Source: an uncultured virus (IMG/VR IMGVR_UViG_3300037466_002099) (Duplodnaviria > Heunggongvirae > Uroviricota > Caudoviricetes). Taken from it: 32,071 nt of DNA. Shown piece after piece: positions 16,142 to 23,984 of the stretch (its first letter is position 1; the number at the start of each line of letters is the position of its first letter). The notes under the pieces are model-generated. The model was not told the origin of the DNA. It did not search any database and was given only the letters and a program-made list of their open reading frames with translations. The position numbers and the translations under genes are program-made. The stretch is from the IMG/VR virus record IMGVR_UViG_3300037466_002099; one strand, given 5' to 3'.

Positions 16142-16597
16142 ATGCCGGTCAGCGACCCGTCCGGCGCCGAGGTCTGGTGGGATCAGCAAATCGGCACTTT
16201 CATGGGGCAGTTGGGCGACCTCAAGGTCGGCAACTATGCCGGCGAAATCCTCACGGTCTCGGCCCTCGAGCAAGCACTTGGCGTTTCGCTGTCGGCCGAC
16301 ACCGGCGCGCAGCTCGGCACGGCCGCCTCGGCTTCGCCATACACGGCTAACAAGCGCTACGTCTCAAAACTACAATTCATGGATTTGTTCCGCCCTGGCG
16401 ATCTGATCAAGATCTACGATGCGGCGAAATTGTCTTCCGCCGTGCAGATCCAGCTCGACCGCGTGAACCGCGCGCCCGATGACCGGATTGAACTGACCGA
16501 TCCTCGCGTCATGACCGGCCTGATACAAATGGAAGCGCTCGGGCTACTTACCGCCGGCGACGCGGACCGAATCCAGAAAGGCATTCCTCCGTCATGA
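16142..16597 (+). CDS. Hypothetical protein, possible fibre assembly chaperone (151 aa)
   Basis: ATG 2 nt after the previous stop. Helical C-terminus SKLQFMDLF...IELTDP...GLLTAGDADRI resembles proteins encoded next to phage fibre genes. Confidence 0.55.
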   Translation: MPVSDPSGAEVWWDQQIGTFMGQLGDLKVGNYAGEILTVSALEQALGVSLSADTGAQLGTAASASPYTANKRYVSKLQFMDLFRPGDLIKIYDAAKLSSAVQIQLDRVNRAPDDRIELTDPRVMTGLIQMEALGLLTAGDADRIQKGIPPS

Positions 16598-17439
16598 CCG
16601 CATTTACCGATTTGTCCAATGTTGCCAACGCAATAACATTATCGACGGCGCAGCATAAGTCCTTCTGGATGGACAACCGCGTCCAGGGCGCGGCTGCGGC
16701 GACGCCGGTCCAAGGCTATATGCACAGCCTATGGCGCTACAACAAGTCGAATGGCGCGAATGGTGCCATCGCCTCGACGGGGCGCAATCCGACACGTTCT
16801 ACGCTGGGCGCGCTTGGGCAGAGCAATCCCACATCAGGCAAGCAGCTATTCCTGCTCGGCATGGAGCATATCGGCTTTCAGCAAGGGAGTTTTCTGCTCT
16901 ACGACCGCCTCTATGAGATAGGCGGCCTTTCTGGCACGGTCACCACAGCGCAAACCGTGAGTGCAACCCTCACTCGCAATACGTCCGGAGTCGACGCAAA
17001 TGGCGTTGGCAACGAAATCTGGTTGGAGATTTATTCGCCCATCGGAACGACTGCAACGACCATCACGGCGAGCTATACCAATCAGGCTGGCACATCCGGA
17101 CGCACAACCCAGGCGGCGACGTTCGGCGGCACGAACTACCGCGAAGAAACGCGGCTTATCAAGCTCGCTCTGCAGGATGGCGACACGGGCGTCCAGGCCG
17201 TAGCTTCGGTTACACTGGCGGTGAGCACCGGCACGGCGGGCAACTTCGGTGTCACCATCGCGAAGCCTATCTCACGCGGGTACCTCGAAGGCCAGGGTTG
17301 CGCAACGATCCGTGATTTCATTGGCGGCTTACCATCGGTCCCTGCGATCGATACTGATGCTTGCCTTGCGCTGGCGTATTACTACGGCAGCACCACGCCA
17401 ACTCGCGGCGATTTCTGCTTTCACTTTGCGGAAAACTGA
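16594..17439 (+). CDS. Beta-rich virion protein, paralogue 1 (281 aa)
   Basis: ATGA coupling; shares DRL...GGLSGTVTTAQT, SYTNQAG.SG and DGDTGVQ...TAGNFG.T blocks with the next gene. Confidence 0.7.
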   Translation: MTAFTDLSNVANAITLSTAQHKSFWMDNRVQGAAAATPVQGYMHSLWRYNKSNGANGAIASTGRNPTRSTLGALGQSNPTSGKQLFLLGMEHIGFQQGSFLLYDRLYEIGGLSGTVTTAQTVSATLTRNTSGVDANGVGNEIWLEIYSPIGTTATTITASYTNQAGTSGRTTQAATFGGTNYREETRLIKLALQDGDTGVQAVASVTLAVSTGTAGNFGVTIAKPISRGYLEGQGCATIRDFIGGLPSVPAIDTDACLALAYYYGSTTPTRGDFCFHFAEN

Positions 17440-18299
17440 TGAGCGCCATTTCCTCATTTGCCGAATTCAAGCAGCTATGTCAGTCGAATAGCTATGGCGT
17501 GTTTTGCGTCGGCATGAATAACGGCTCGGTCAACAATAACGGACTGGGCTCAATTTTCGCACGCGAGCAGTACCAAAGCGGCACTGTCACGGCACCATCG
17601 ACAGCGGTCTCGTTGGATAGTACCCACGTTGCCGCGCTGCTGCAAAATCCCAAACTGCCGACAGGTCTTACCGGGAAACAGTTCTGGTTGTGCGAGTCGG
17701 AGTTTATTTACAACTGCGGCAACGTCGGCGCTCAGCGGTGCTCTGCGTTGCTGCTCGACCGCCTATGCCATCAAGGCGGTCTTTCTGGCACCGTGACGAC
17801 CGCGCAGACCACGAATTTGCCGACAGCCGCACTCCCTCGTTACACGTCTGGCGACGGCGTTCAGGCCGCCGTTGAGATATACAGCCAAATTGGCAGTACA
17901 TCGACGACGCTCACAATCAGTTATACGAATCAGGCTGGTGTATCGGGACAAGTATCTCAACCTATCGTCATTGGCGGATCGTCTAACAATTCTGTGGGCG
18001 TCATGCTGCCGATTCCGCTGGCAGATGGGGACACCGGCGTCCAGTCTGTTCAATCCGTTACGCTGGCAGGAAGCACCCTCACGGCAGGAAATTTCGGCAT
18101 AACATTGTTCAAGCGCCTCGCACTTTTGCCGCCACATACTGGCAACTTCGTAGAGCGCCAGGGATATCGAAACTATTTGTTCGGCGGCGGCGCCGTCGAA
18201 ATATTGCCGGGTGCGTGCCTGCAACTGGCGATCATCACCCCCGATAGCAACGCCGGCTACAAGACCTATCAGGGCTCGCTCAACATTGGGCAAAAATGA
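17439..18299 (+). CDS. Beta-rich virion protein, paralogue 2 (286 aa)
   Basis: TGATG overlap at 17437-17441 gives start MSAISSF, aligning with MTAFTDL of paralogue 1. Confidence 0.7.
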   Translation: MSAISSFAEFKQLCQSNSYGVFCVGMNNGSVNNNGLGSIFAREQYQSGTVTAPSTAVSLDSTHVAALLQNPKLPTGLTGKQFWLCESEFIYNCGNVGAQRCSALLLDRLCHQGGLSGTVTTAQTTNLPTAALPRYTSGDGVQAAVEIYSQIGSTSTTLTISYTNQAGVSGQVSQPIVIGGSSNNSVGVMLPIPLADGDTGVQSVQSVTLAGSTLTAGNFGITLFKRLALLPPHTGNFVERQGYRNYLFGGGAVEILPGACLQLAIITPDSNAGYKTYQGSLNIGQK

Positions 18300-19465
18300 G
18301 AACCGATTTTCGAGGGTTCCTATTTGATGGCGCGGCGGCGCAACTCGGCGAAATCCCGCTGCAGTCGACCTCGGCGTCGACCACAATCAACTGCACCGTC
18401 GGCGCCGCGACGGATGCCGGCTTAACCGCTTCCGTCTCTCTTCCGACAAAGGTCAACGCGACCGTCGGTGCCGTTGCGGACACTGGCAAGACTGCATCTG
18501 TCGTCCTCACGACCAAGATCAACGCCACAGCCGGAGCGGTGGCTGACGCCGGTCGCACGGCGTCGGTGAGCCTGCCAACGAAAATTAGCGCTACCGTCGG
18601 CGCAGTCGCGGACGCAGGCAAAACTGCCTCGGTTTCGCTCCCGACAAAGGTCTCTGCGACCGTTGGCGTTGCGGCTGACGCTGGCAAGACCGCATCCGTC
18701 GTTCTTCCGACGAAGATCAATGCCACGGTTGGTGCGGTGGCTGATGTCGGCCGCACCGCGTCGGTCAGCCTGCCGACGAAAGTGAATGCGACGGTCGGCG
18801 CCGCTGCCGATTCGGGGAAAACAGCATCGGTCACGCTACCGACGGCGGTTGCCGCCACAGTGGGCGCGGCGGCCGACAACGGCAAGACGGCCACGGTCTC
18901 GCTGACGACGCGCATCACGGCGACTACGGGTGCGGCGGTAGATGCCGGGCGTACGGCGGCGATATCTAACCCGACCAATATCGCAGCAAGCGCCGGCGCG
19001 GCCGCCGATACAGGCAAGCCCGCCTCGGTCAGCTCTGGCAACTCGATTGGCTGCGTCCCTGGTACGGTTGCGGCTGCCGGTCTGCCGGCGACGGTCATCC
19101 ATCCGACCAACATTGCCGCCGGCGCGGGCGCCTCGGCCGCTGCCGGGCGGACCGCATCGGTTGCCGCCGGCTCGTCGATTTCTTGCTCGGTGGGCGTGGC
19201 GAGCGCCGCCGGCCTGCCTGCCTCCGTCGGCCAGGGCACGCTCATCGGCTGCGGTGCTGGCGCGCTGGCGGCCGCCGGCCGAACGGCGTCGATCGTGCTG
19301 CCGACGACTATTGCCGCCCATGTCGGTGCGGCGGTCGATATCGGCTTGTTGGCAGCCATCCAAACCGGCGTGCACAGCAACCCGCCGGCGGGGCGGACGT
19401 TCCGTATATCGGGCAGCAATCGTCGTGACCGTATTCTGGCAAGGAACCGAATTTTCCGAGCTTGA
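18296..19465 (+). CDS. Repeat protein (389 aa) with 15 x 22-aa repeats; candidate fibre shaft
   Basis: Consensus TK[IV]NATVGA[VA]ADAG[KR]TASVSLP from residue 29 to 358. Confidence 0.8.
   Translation: MRTDFRGFLFDGAAAQLGEIPLQSTSASTTINCTVGAATDAGLTASVSLPTKVNATVGAVADTGKTASVVLTTKINATAGAVADAGRTASVSLPTKISATVGAVADAGKTASVSLPTKVSATVGVAADAGKTASVVLPTKINATVGAVADVGRTASVSLPTKVNATVGAAADSGKTASVTLPTAVAATVGAAADNGKTATVSLTTRITATTGAAVDAGRTAAISNPTNIAASAGAAADTGKPASVSSGNSIGCVPGTVAAAGLPATVIHPTNIAAGAGASAAAGRTASVAAGSSISCSVGVASAAGLPASVGQGTLIGCGAGALAAAGRTASIVLPTTIAAHVGAAVDIGLLAAIQTGVHSNPPAGRTFRISGSNRRDRILARNRIFRA
18380..19369 (+). repeat. Degenerate coding tandem repeat, 15 x 66 bp
   Basis: 990 bp = 15 x 66 with no indels; conserved at protein level, diverged at synonymous positions. 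Confidence 0.85.
19422..19437 (+). promoter_or_regulatory. Putative phage late promoter (GTCGTGAC-CG-TATTCT) inside the 3' end of the repeat gene
   Basis: Motif copy ending 29 nt upstream of ATG 19467. Confidence 0.65.
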
Positions 19466-19466
19466 C

Positions 19467-20576
19467 ATGCCGACTGAACTTCAAAGCGACAATAAAGGAT
19501 TGTGGGCGCAGCAGGACAAGGGCGCCTATCTCGATTACGGCTTTGACTGGTCGGACTGGCTGCCCGAAGACGATACCATTGCGACAAGCATCTGGACGAC
19601 CGATGCCGGCCTGACGCTGAATTCCGGCGGTGTCGTTGGCGCCGAGACGACGATTTGGGTGCAGGGCGGCACCGCTGATACGTGGTATGCGGTTAGCAAC
19701 AAGGTCACTTCCGCGCAGGGCCGCCAGGATGTCCGCACCTTCCGCCTGTTCATCTATGACGGCGCCGCACCGATCACCGCGCAGGACGGCAGCGCGCTTT
19801 TCCCGAACCGCTTCGACGCCGTGTCCGAGCTGCGCCGCGACGGCTTCCTGCTGGCATCGCAGAACTACTTTGCCGGCGTCGAGCTGAGCGATGATTTTCT
19901 GTGGAACAAGCTGCGCGCAGCCGAGGCGGAGATCGGCCGGCGCCTGCGCGTGCCGCTGCAGCCGACGCAATTCTTCCCCGTCGAGCCGACACAGGCGCAA
20001 ATCGATGCGCTCAACGGCATGCCGTGGGAGGTCGACCCGCCTTACGATTATGAGCCCGACATGTTCCAGGCGGACCGCTGGGGCTTCATCGTCGCGCGGA
20101 AAAAGCCGCTGATCGCGGTGCAGAAAATCGAGCTTGCTTATCCGGCGCCGTCCAACTCGATCTATACCATCCCGTCCGACTGGATCCGGATGGACAAGAA
20201 ATACGGCCATATCCGTCTGGTTCCGGCATCGGCCGCCATCACGGCGCCGCTCTCGACATTCTTGATTCAAGCCCTGAGCGGCGGCCGGATGGTCCCGTTC
20301 ATGGTGCAAGTCACCTACACCGCCGGGCTGACGAATGTCGCGGCGAACTGGCCCGATCTGGTCGATGCCGTCAAGAAGCTGGCAATCCTGAAGATCATCG
20401 AGGACGGCTTTATCCCGCAGTCCGGCTCGATCAGCGCCGACGGCCTGTCGCAGTCGATGAGCTCTGACATGGACAAGCACTACGACATTATCGATCGGAT
20501 CATCGACGGCCCGAAGGGCTCGAACGGCGGCCTGATGGCGGCCATTCATGGCGTGCGCTCGATCGTCATGGGGTGA
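19467..20576 (+). CDS. Head-tail adaptor/neck protein (369 aa) with an extra N-terminal beta-sandwich domain
   Basis: ATG 1 nt after the previous stop (ORF-track start 18942 is too far upstream). N-domain LDYGFDWSDWL...VWVQGG..GRQDVRTF; C-domain AAEAEIGRRL...VTYTAG...SISADGLSQS is typical of head completion proteins. Confidence 0.7.
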   Translation: MPTELQSDNKGLWAQQDKGAYLDYGFDWSDWLPEDDTIATSIWTTDAGLTLNSGGVVGAETTIWVQGGTADTWYAVSNKVTSAQGRQDVRTFRLFIYDGAAPITAQDGSALFPNRFDAVSELRRDGFLLASQNYFAGVELSDDFLWNKLRAAEAEIGRRLRVPLQPTQFFPVEPTQAQIDALNGMPWEVDPPYDYEPDMFQADRWGFIVARKKPLIAVQKIELAYPAPSNSIYTIPSDWIRMDKKYGHIRLVPASAAITAPLSTFLIQALSGGRMVPFMVQVTYTAGLTNVAANWPDLVDAVKKLAILKIIEDGFIPQSGSISADGLSQSMSSDMDKHYDIIDRIIDGPKGSNGGLMAAIHGVRSIVMG

Positions 20577-20579
20577 CGC

Positions 20580-21212
20580 ATGCGCCTGAACCCCTCCTCC
20601 TTCAACGCGCACCTCTATCACATGGGGCAAAAAGTACGCTGGCGCAAAAGCTTTGCCTGTCCCTGTATCAACCCGCACTCCGGCGCCTCGAAGCCTAACT
20701 GTCCGCTGTGCGGCGGTAAGGGGCGGCTATGGGATCCGGCGGTGGATACCGTGATTGGCATCGCCAGCCAGAACGTGCAGAAAATGTGGGCGCAGATGGG
20801 GCAATGGGAGGCCGGCGACGCTGTGGTATCCATTCCCGAGGCGAGCGCCATGTACAACGCGGCCCAATTCGACCGCGTTCTGATGATGAACAGCACGGAC
20901 GGGTTTTCCCTGGTGCTGACGCGCGGCGCGGCGAATGAGCGGCTGCATGAGCCTATCGAGAAAATCGAGCGGGTTTTCTGGCTCGACGCGCAAAGCAATA
21001 TCGTCGAGGGTCGCATTCCTTCCGTGGCCGACAATGGCGCGCTGACCTGGGCGAGCGGGGCGCCTCCGGCGGGCACCCAGTACACGATTTCCGGAACCCG
21101 CTATTCGGAATACTTCGTGTTCAACCAATTGCCGAGCGATCGCGGCGAGCACCAGGGCGCGCGGCTGCCCAAGCGCGTAGTGCTGCGCCGCTTCGATTTG
21201 TTTAATAGATGA
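20580..21212 (+). CDS. Head closure/stopper-like neck protein with Cys4 zinc motif (210 aa)
   Basis: GQKVRWRKSFACPC...CPLCGGKG; follows the adaptor gene as in Herelleviridae-like neck modules. Confidence 0.65.
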   Translation: MRLNPSSFNAHLYHMGQKVRWRKSFACPCINPHSGASKPNCPLCGGKGRLWDPAVDTVIGIASQNVQKMWAQMGQWEAGDAVVSIPEASAMYNAAQFDRVLMMNSTDGFSLVLTRGAANERLHEPIEKIERVFWLDAQSNIVEGRIPSVADNGALTWASGAPPAGTQYTISGTRYSEYFVFNQLPSDRGEHQGARLPKRVVLRRFDLFNR

Positions 21213-21224
21213 TAAAATTTGAGC

Positions 21225-22034
21225 ATGCTAAAGACATGCGGAATTTATCTCATTAAATGCACACGCCCTGACGGGCTTCCGCTATATTACGTCGGGCAGG
21301 CTATCAACATCCGCGACAGGTGGAATGAGCACAAGCGCGACCTGCGCAGTGGGTCGCACCGCAACCGGCATATGCAAAATGTTTGGCGCAAGTACGGCGA
21401 GTCGGCATTCTCTTTGGTTGTGCTCGACGCTTGTGCCGCAGATGATCTCGACGAGAGTGAGCAATGGTGGCTCGATGAGATGCATGGTTATCTGCGATGC
21501 ATGAATATTGCAAAAGACGTTGCAAATCCACAACGAGGCATTCCGATCAGCGCAGAAAACAAAGCCAAGATCGGCGCCGCAAATCGCGGGAAAAAGCGAA
21601 CTGATGATATGCGACAGCGGCTCAGCGCCGCGACGCAGGGAAGGGTGTACGGCGCCGAGGTATATCAGAAAATCGGGGCCGCTCTGCGAGGCAAGAAAAG
21701 GCCCGAGCATGTGTGCGAGAAGATTTCGGCGGCGCACAAGCTAAAGGGCACAAAGCCAAGCATAGAGGCCATTCAAAAATCTCTCGAAAGCCGTCGATCC
21801 AGCATGCGTTCTCCCGAAATACTGGCTACTCTTCGAAAAAACGCGATGGACAAAGCCCGGCCAGTAATTGCGATCTGCATGAAAACCGGAGAAGTGAAGC
21901 GCTATGAAAGCATCGCGGCAACGTCTCTCGACGGATTCACCCCACAAAACGTCTGGCAACTGCTAAACGTGCGGGGCCGAACCCATCGAGGCCACATGTT
22001 CCAGTATGCGGACGCTACTTCAGCGTCCGCTTGA
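21225..22034 (+). CDS. Free-standing GIY-YIG homing endonuclease with NUMOD3-like repeats (269 aa)
   Basis: GIYLI...YYVGQA..IRDRWNEH core, repeats K.KIGAANRGKKR, C-terminal IENR1/NUMOD1-like HTH. Atypical codons; TGaTAAAAT extended -10 at 21210-21218. Confidence 0.88.
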   Translation: MLKTCGIYLIKCTRPDGLPLYYVGQAINIRDRWNEHKRDLRSGSHRNRHMQNVWRKYGESAFSLVVLDACAADDLDESEQWWLDEMHGYLRCMNIAKDVANPQRGIPISAENKAKIGAANRGKKRTDDMRQRLSAATQGRVYGAEVYQKIGAALRGKKRPEHVCEKISAAHKLKGTKPSIEAIQKSLESRRSSMRSPEILATLRKNAMDKARPVIAICMKTGEVKRYESIAATSLDGFTPQNVWQLLNVRGRTHRGHMFQYADATSASA

Positions 22035-22869
22035 CGGCTTCGCCGAAAGCTTGCACAGCCATCGGCTGCATTTCATCGGCGACCCTCTTGGCAAGAAATA
22101 GCCCCGGCTTTGGCGGTACTACCCACCCCTGAGAGCCTTCGATCATGATCCTGAAGGTCAAGTACGTCGAGTAACGCTTGCCGCCGGGTGTGCGTGTGTC
22201 GAACCTATACATTCCCGCATACCGCTTTTTTTCTGCGTCGGAAAGGCCATCAATTTCAGACGTGTCGAGCTTTTGCCCCCAGTTATAGTGATTTTTCGGG
22301 ACTAGGAACTGACTTTTTGTCTTGGGGTTTGAGGCGAATGGCGTCTGATTTTTCAGCGGCCGCATCCCATAAGTAGGGTGTAGTGCGGTTACCTCGCCAG
22401 CAGGACGCTGACTCTGGCCGTCGACTTTGCTGGCCGTCATGTCCTTTGCGAGATCATACACCGACGCGGGCATAGATGGGGAATGCGCGTCATTGCCCGG
22501 GGTCGACTGGCGAAACGGGATCACTAGGAATCGCCGACCGTCCTTCGTCTGTCGGACCTTCATGCTCGTATTGAGCATGACCTTCAAATCCTTGGCAGGA
22601 CGACCCGTCTCGATCTCGTTGGCATAGCGGTAATCGCTCGAGACAACTGCCGAGAAATCGCCCGTCATCTGCCATTGGATTGATGCGGTATAGGCATCCT
22701 TCTCGCCGCTCCAAAGCTTCGCCCGCTGCACGGCTTCCTGCCAATTGATCGAGGTCTGCTGGGCGACCGCGCGAACCGCCTGATGCAAAAGCGGCATGAC
22801 CGCCTTGTCAACCACGCCGGCTGCCTGCATCACGCCGGACAGGTCGACCGAAATTCTGTATTCCGCCAT
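22015..22869 (-). CDS. Putative neck/tail-completion protein (284 aa), inverted relative to the module
   Basis: RBS AAGGAGG and its own motif promoter. Segments YANEIETG, KDGRRFLVIPFR and YLTFRIM..GWVVP resemble the protein encoded between stopper and terminator genes in such modules. Confidence 0.6.
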   Translation of the reverse strand: MAEYRISVDLSGVMQAAGVVDKAVMPLLHQAVRAVAQQTSINWQEAVQRAKLWSGEKDAYTASIQWQMTGDFSAVVSSDYRYANEIETGRPAKDLKVMLNTSMKVRQTKDGRRFLVIPFRQSTPGNDAHSPSMPASVYDLAKDMTASKVDGQSQRPAGEVTALHPTYGMRPLKNQTPFASNPKTKSQFLVPKNHYNWGQKLDTSEIDGLSDAEKKRYAGMYRFDTRTPGGKRYSTYLTFRIMIEGSQGWVVPPKPGLFLAKRVADEMQPMAVQAFGEAVKRTLK

Positions 22870-22887
22870 CCGAACCTCCTTGGCGGA

Positions 22888-22903
22888 AGTCTATCGTCAC
22901 GTC
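22888..22903 (-). promoter_or_regulatory. Putative phage late promoter, minus strand (GACGTGAC-GA-TAGACT)
   Basis: One-mismatch motif copy with the same hexamer as the 5900 copy, upstream of RBS and ATG 22869. Confidence 0.65.
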
Positions 22904-22914
22904 CACGGCGGCGC

Positions 22915-22930
22915 GTCGTGACGCGATCAT
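22915..22930 (+). promoter_or_regulatory. Putative phage late promoter (GTCGTGAC-GC-GATCAT)
   Basis: Motif copy; ATG at 22937 is 6 nt downstream. Confidence 0.7.
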
Positions 22931-22936
22931 ATTGTC

Positions 22937-23767
22937 ATGATAGCTCTCATTGAACCGCTGCCGATTGGTAATGCGCTTCGGGTTTTTCTTGACCCGATTG
23001 ATGGCGCGACCTCCTGGCGCATTCTGCGCAAGGACGCCGACACGTTCACGGGCGAGACGGACCCGGACGCGGCGCTGATCTACGAGGGCAAGGACAAGTC
23101 GGCGCTGGATGTATCGAATTTGATGAATGGCGCGACTTATTACTATCGCGCCTACTATTTCGTCGCCTCGCAATGGGTCGCCAGCGAGACCGTATCGGCG
23201 GTGCCGGCGGCAACCTACGCGGACCGCAGCACCGACCCGATGACGATCGTGCGTGACCGCCTGGATGCCGGATTGGCGGTCGAGCTCGATCGCGGCGCGC
23301 TGAAGCACGATGATGGACACATTCCGGTCCTGACGGCGCCGCCGATCTTCTCGGATACGCGCTGGCCGGTGGTCACGGTGCATCTGCAATCCGATGCGCC
23401 GCACCATCGCGGCATCGGCGAGATGATCGACCCGGACGAGCTCGATGATGACGACGGCCTTTGGAGCGAGTCCGAAGGCTGGCTCTCCAGGGTGCAGCTC
23501 GTCATCGCCGCTTGGACGCTGAACCCGGACGGGCGCATTGATCTGCGCAAGGCGCTACGCCGCATCATCGTCGGAAACCTTCCGGTTTTTGACGATGCCG
23601 GCATGGTGAACATCGACGTGACCATGCAGGACGTGGATTTCATCCAGGGCGAGTATCCGGCGCCGGTCTATCAGGTGATGTGCAGCTTGAGCTGCCTCGC
23701 GCCGGTCCGGGTGAGCGATGAAGTAGCAAAAATCACAGACGTAGAAACTACGGCCGAGGCCGTTTGA
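22937..23767 (+). CDS. Putative tail terminator with an N-terminal FN3-like domain (276 aa)
   Basis: N-terminal WRILRK...LIYEG...L.NGATYYYRAY is FN3-like; C-domain WPVVTVHLQSD...GIGE. Two genes upstream of the sheath. Confidence 0.55.
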   Translation: MIALIEPLPIGNALRVFLDPIDGATSWRILRKDADTFTGETDPDAALIYEGKDKSALDVSNLMNGATYYYRAYYFVASQWVASETVSAVPAATYADRSTDPMTIVRDRLDAGLAVELDRGALKHDDGHIPVLTAPPIFSDTRWPVVTVHLQSDAPHHRGIGEMIDPDELDDDDGLWSESEGWLSRVQLVIAAWTLNPDGRIDLRKALRRIIVGNLPVFDDAGMVNIDVTMQDVDFIQGEYPAPVYQVMCSLSCLAPVRVSDEVAKITDVETTAEAV

Positions 23768-23778
23768 AAGGATTGATC

Positions 23779-23973
23779 ATGTCGGATGAGCAGCAGGATA
23801 ACGCGGTCATCGATCTTACTCTCGACGAGTTTTGCTTGCGCCTTTCCAAGAGCGACAAGCGGGTCGAGCTGATCGGTGCATTTCACTACACCGAAAAAGC
23901 AGCAGGTCGCTTCAAGGACGCCGAGCAGAACTACCAGACTCGGTTTGAGGCATTCGTCAACAAACCCGTCTGA
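23779..23973 (+). CDS. Small hypothetical protein preceding the sheath (64 aa)
   Basis: RBS GAAAGGA and ATG at 23779; fills the gap before the sheath gene. Confidence 0.7.
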   Translation: MSDEQQDNAVIDLTLDEFCLRLSKSDKRVELIGAFHYTEKAAGRFKDAEQNYQTRFEAFVNKPV

Positions 23974-23984
23974 GGTCATACATC

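Noticed and set aside
16594..18299. Paralogue pair as a possible DGR template/variable repeat or invertible cassette
   Set aside because: Differences are spread and largely synonymous, not adenine-specific. No reverse transcriptase, invertase or flanking inverted repeats are in the window.
18380..19369. 66-bp periodicity resembling a CRISPR repeat-spacer unit
   Set aside because: No invariant DNA repeat with unique spacers; conservation is at protein level inside an ORF, and no cas genes are present.
18942..19466. ORF-track N-terminal extension of the neck protein; likewise 10958-11347, 16100-16141 and 17361-17438
   Set aside because: These extensions overlap better-supported genes in other frames; coupled or promoter-proximal starts fit better.
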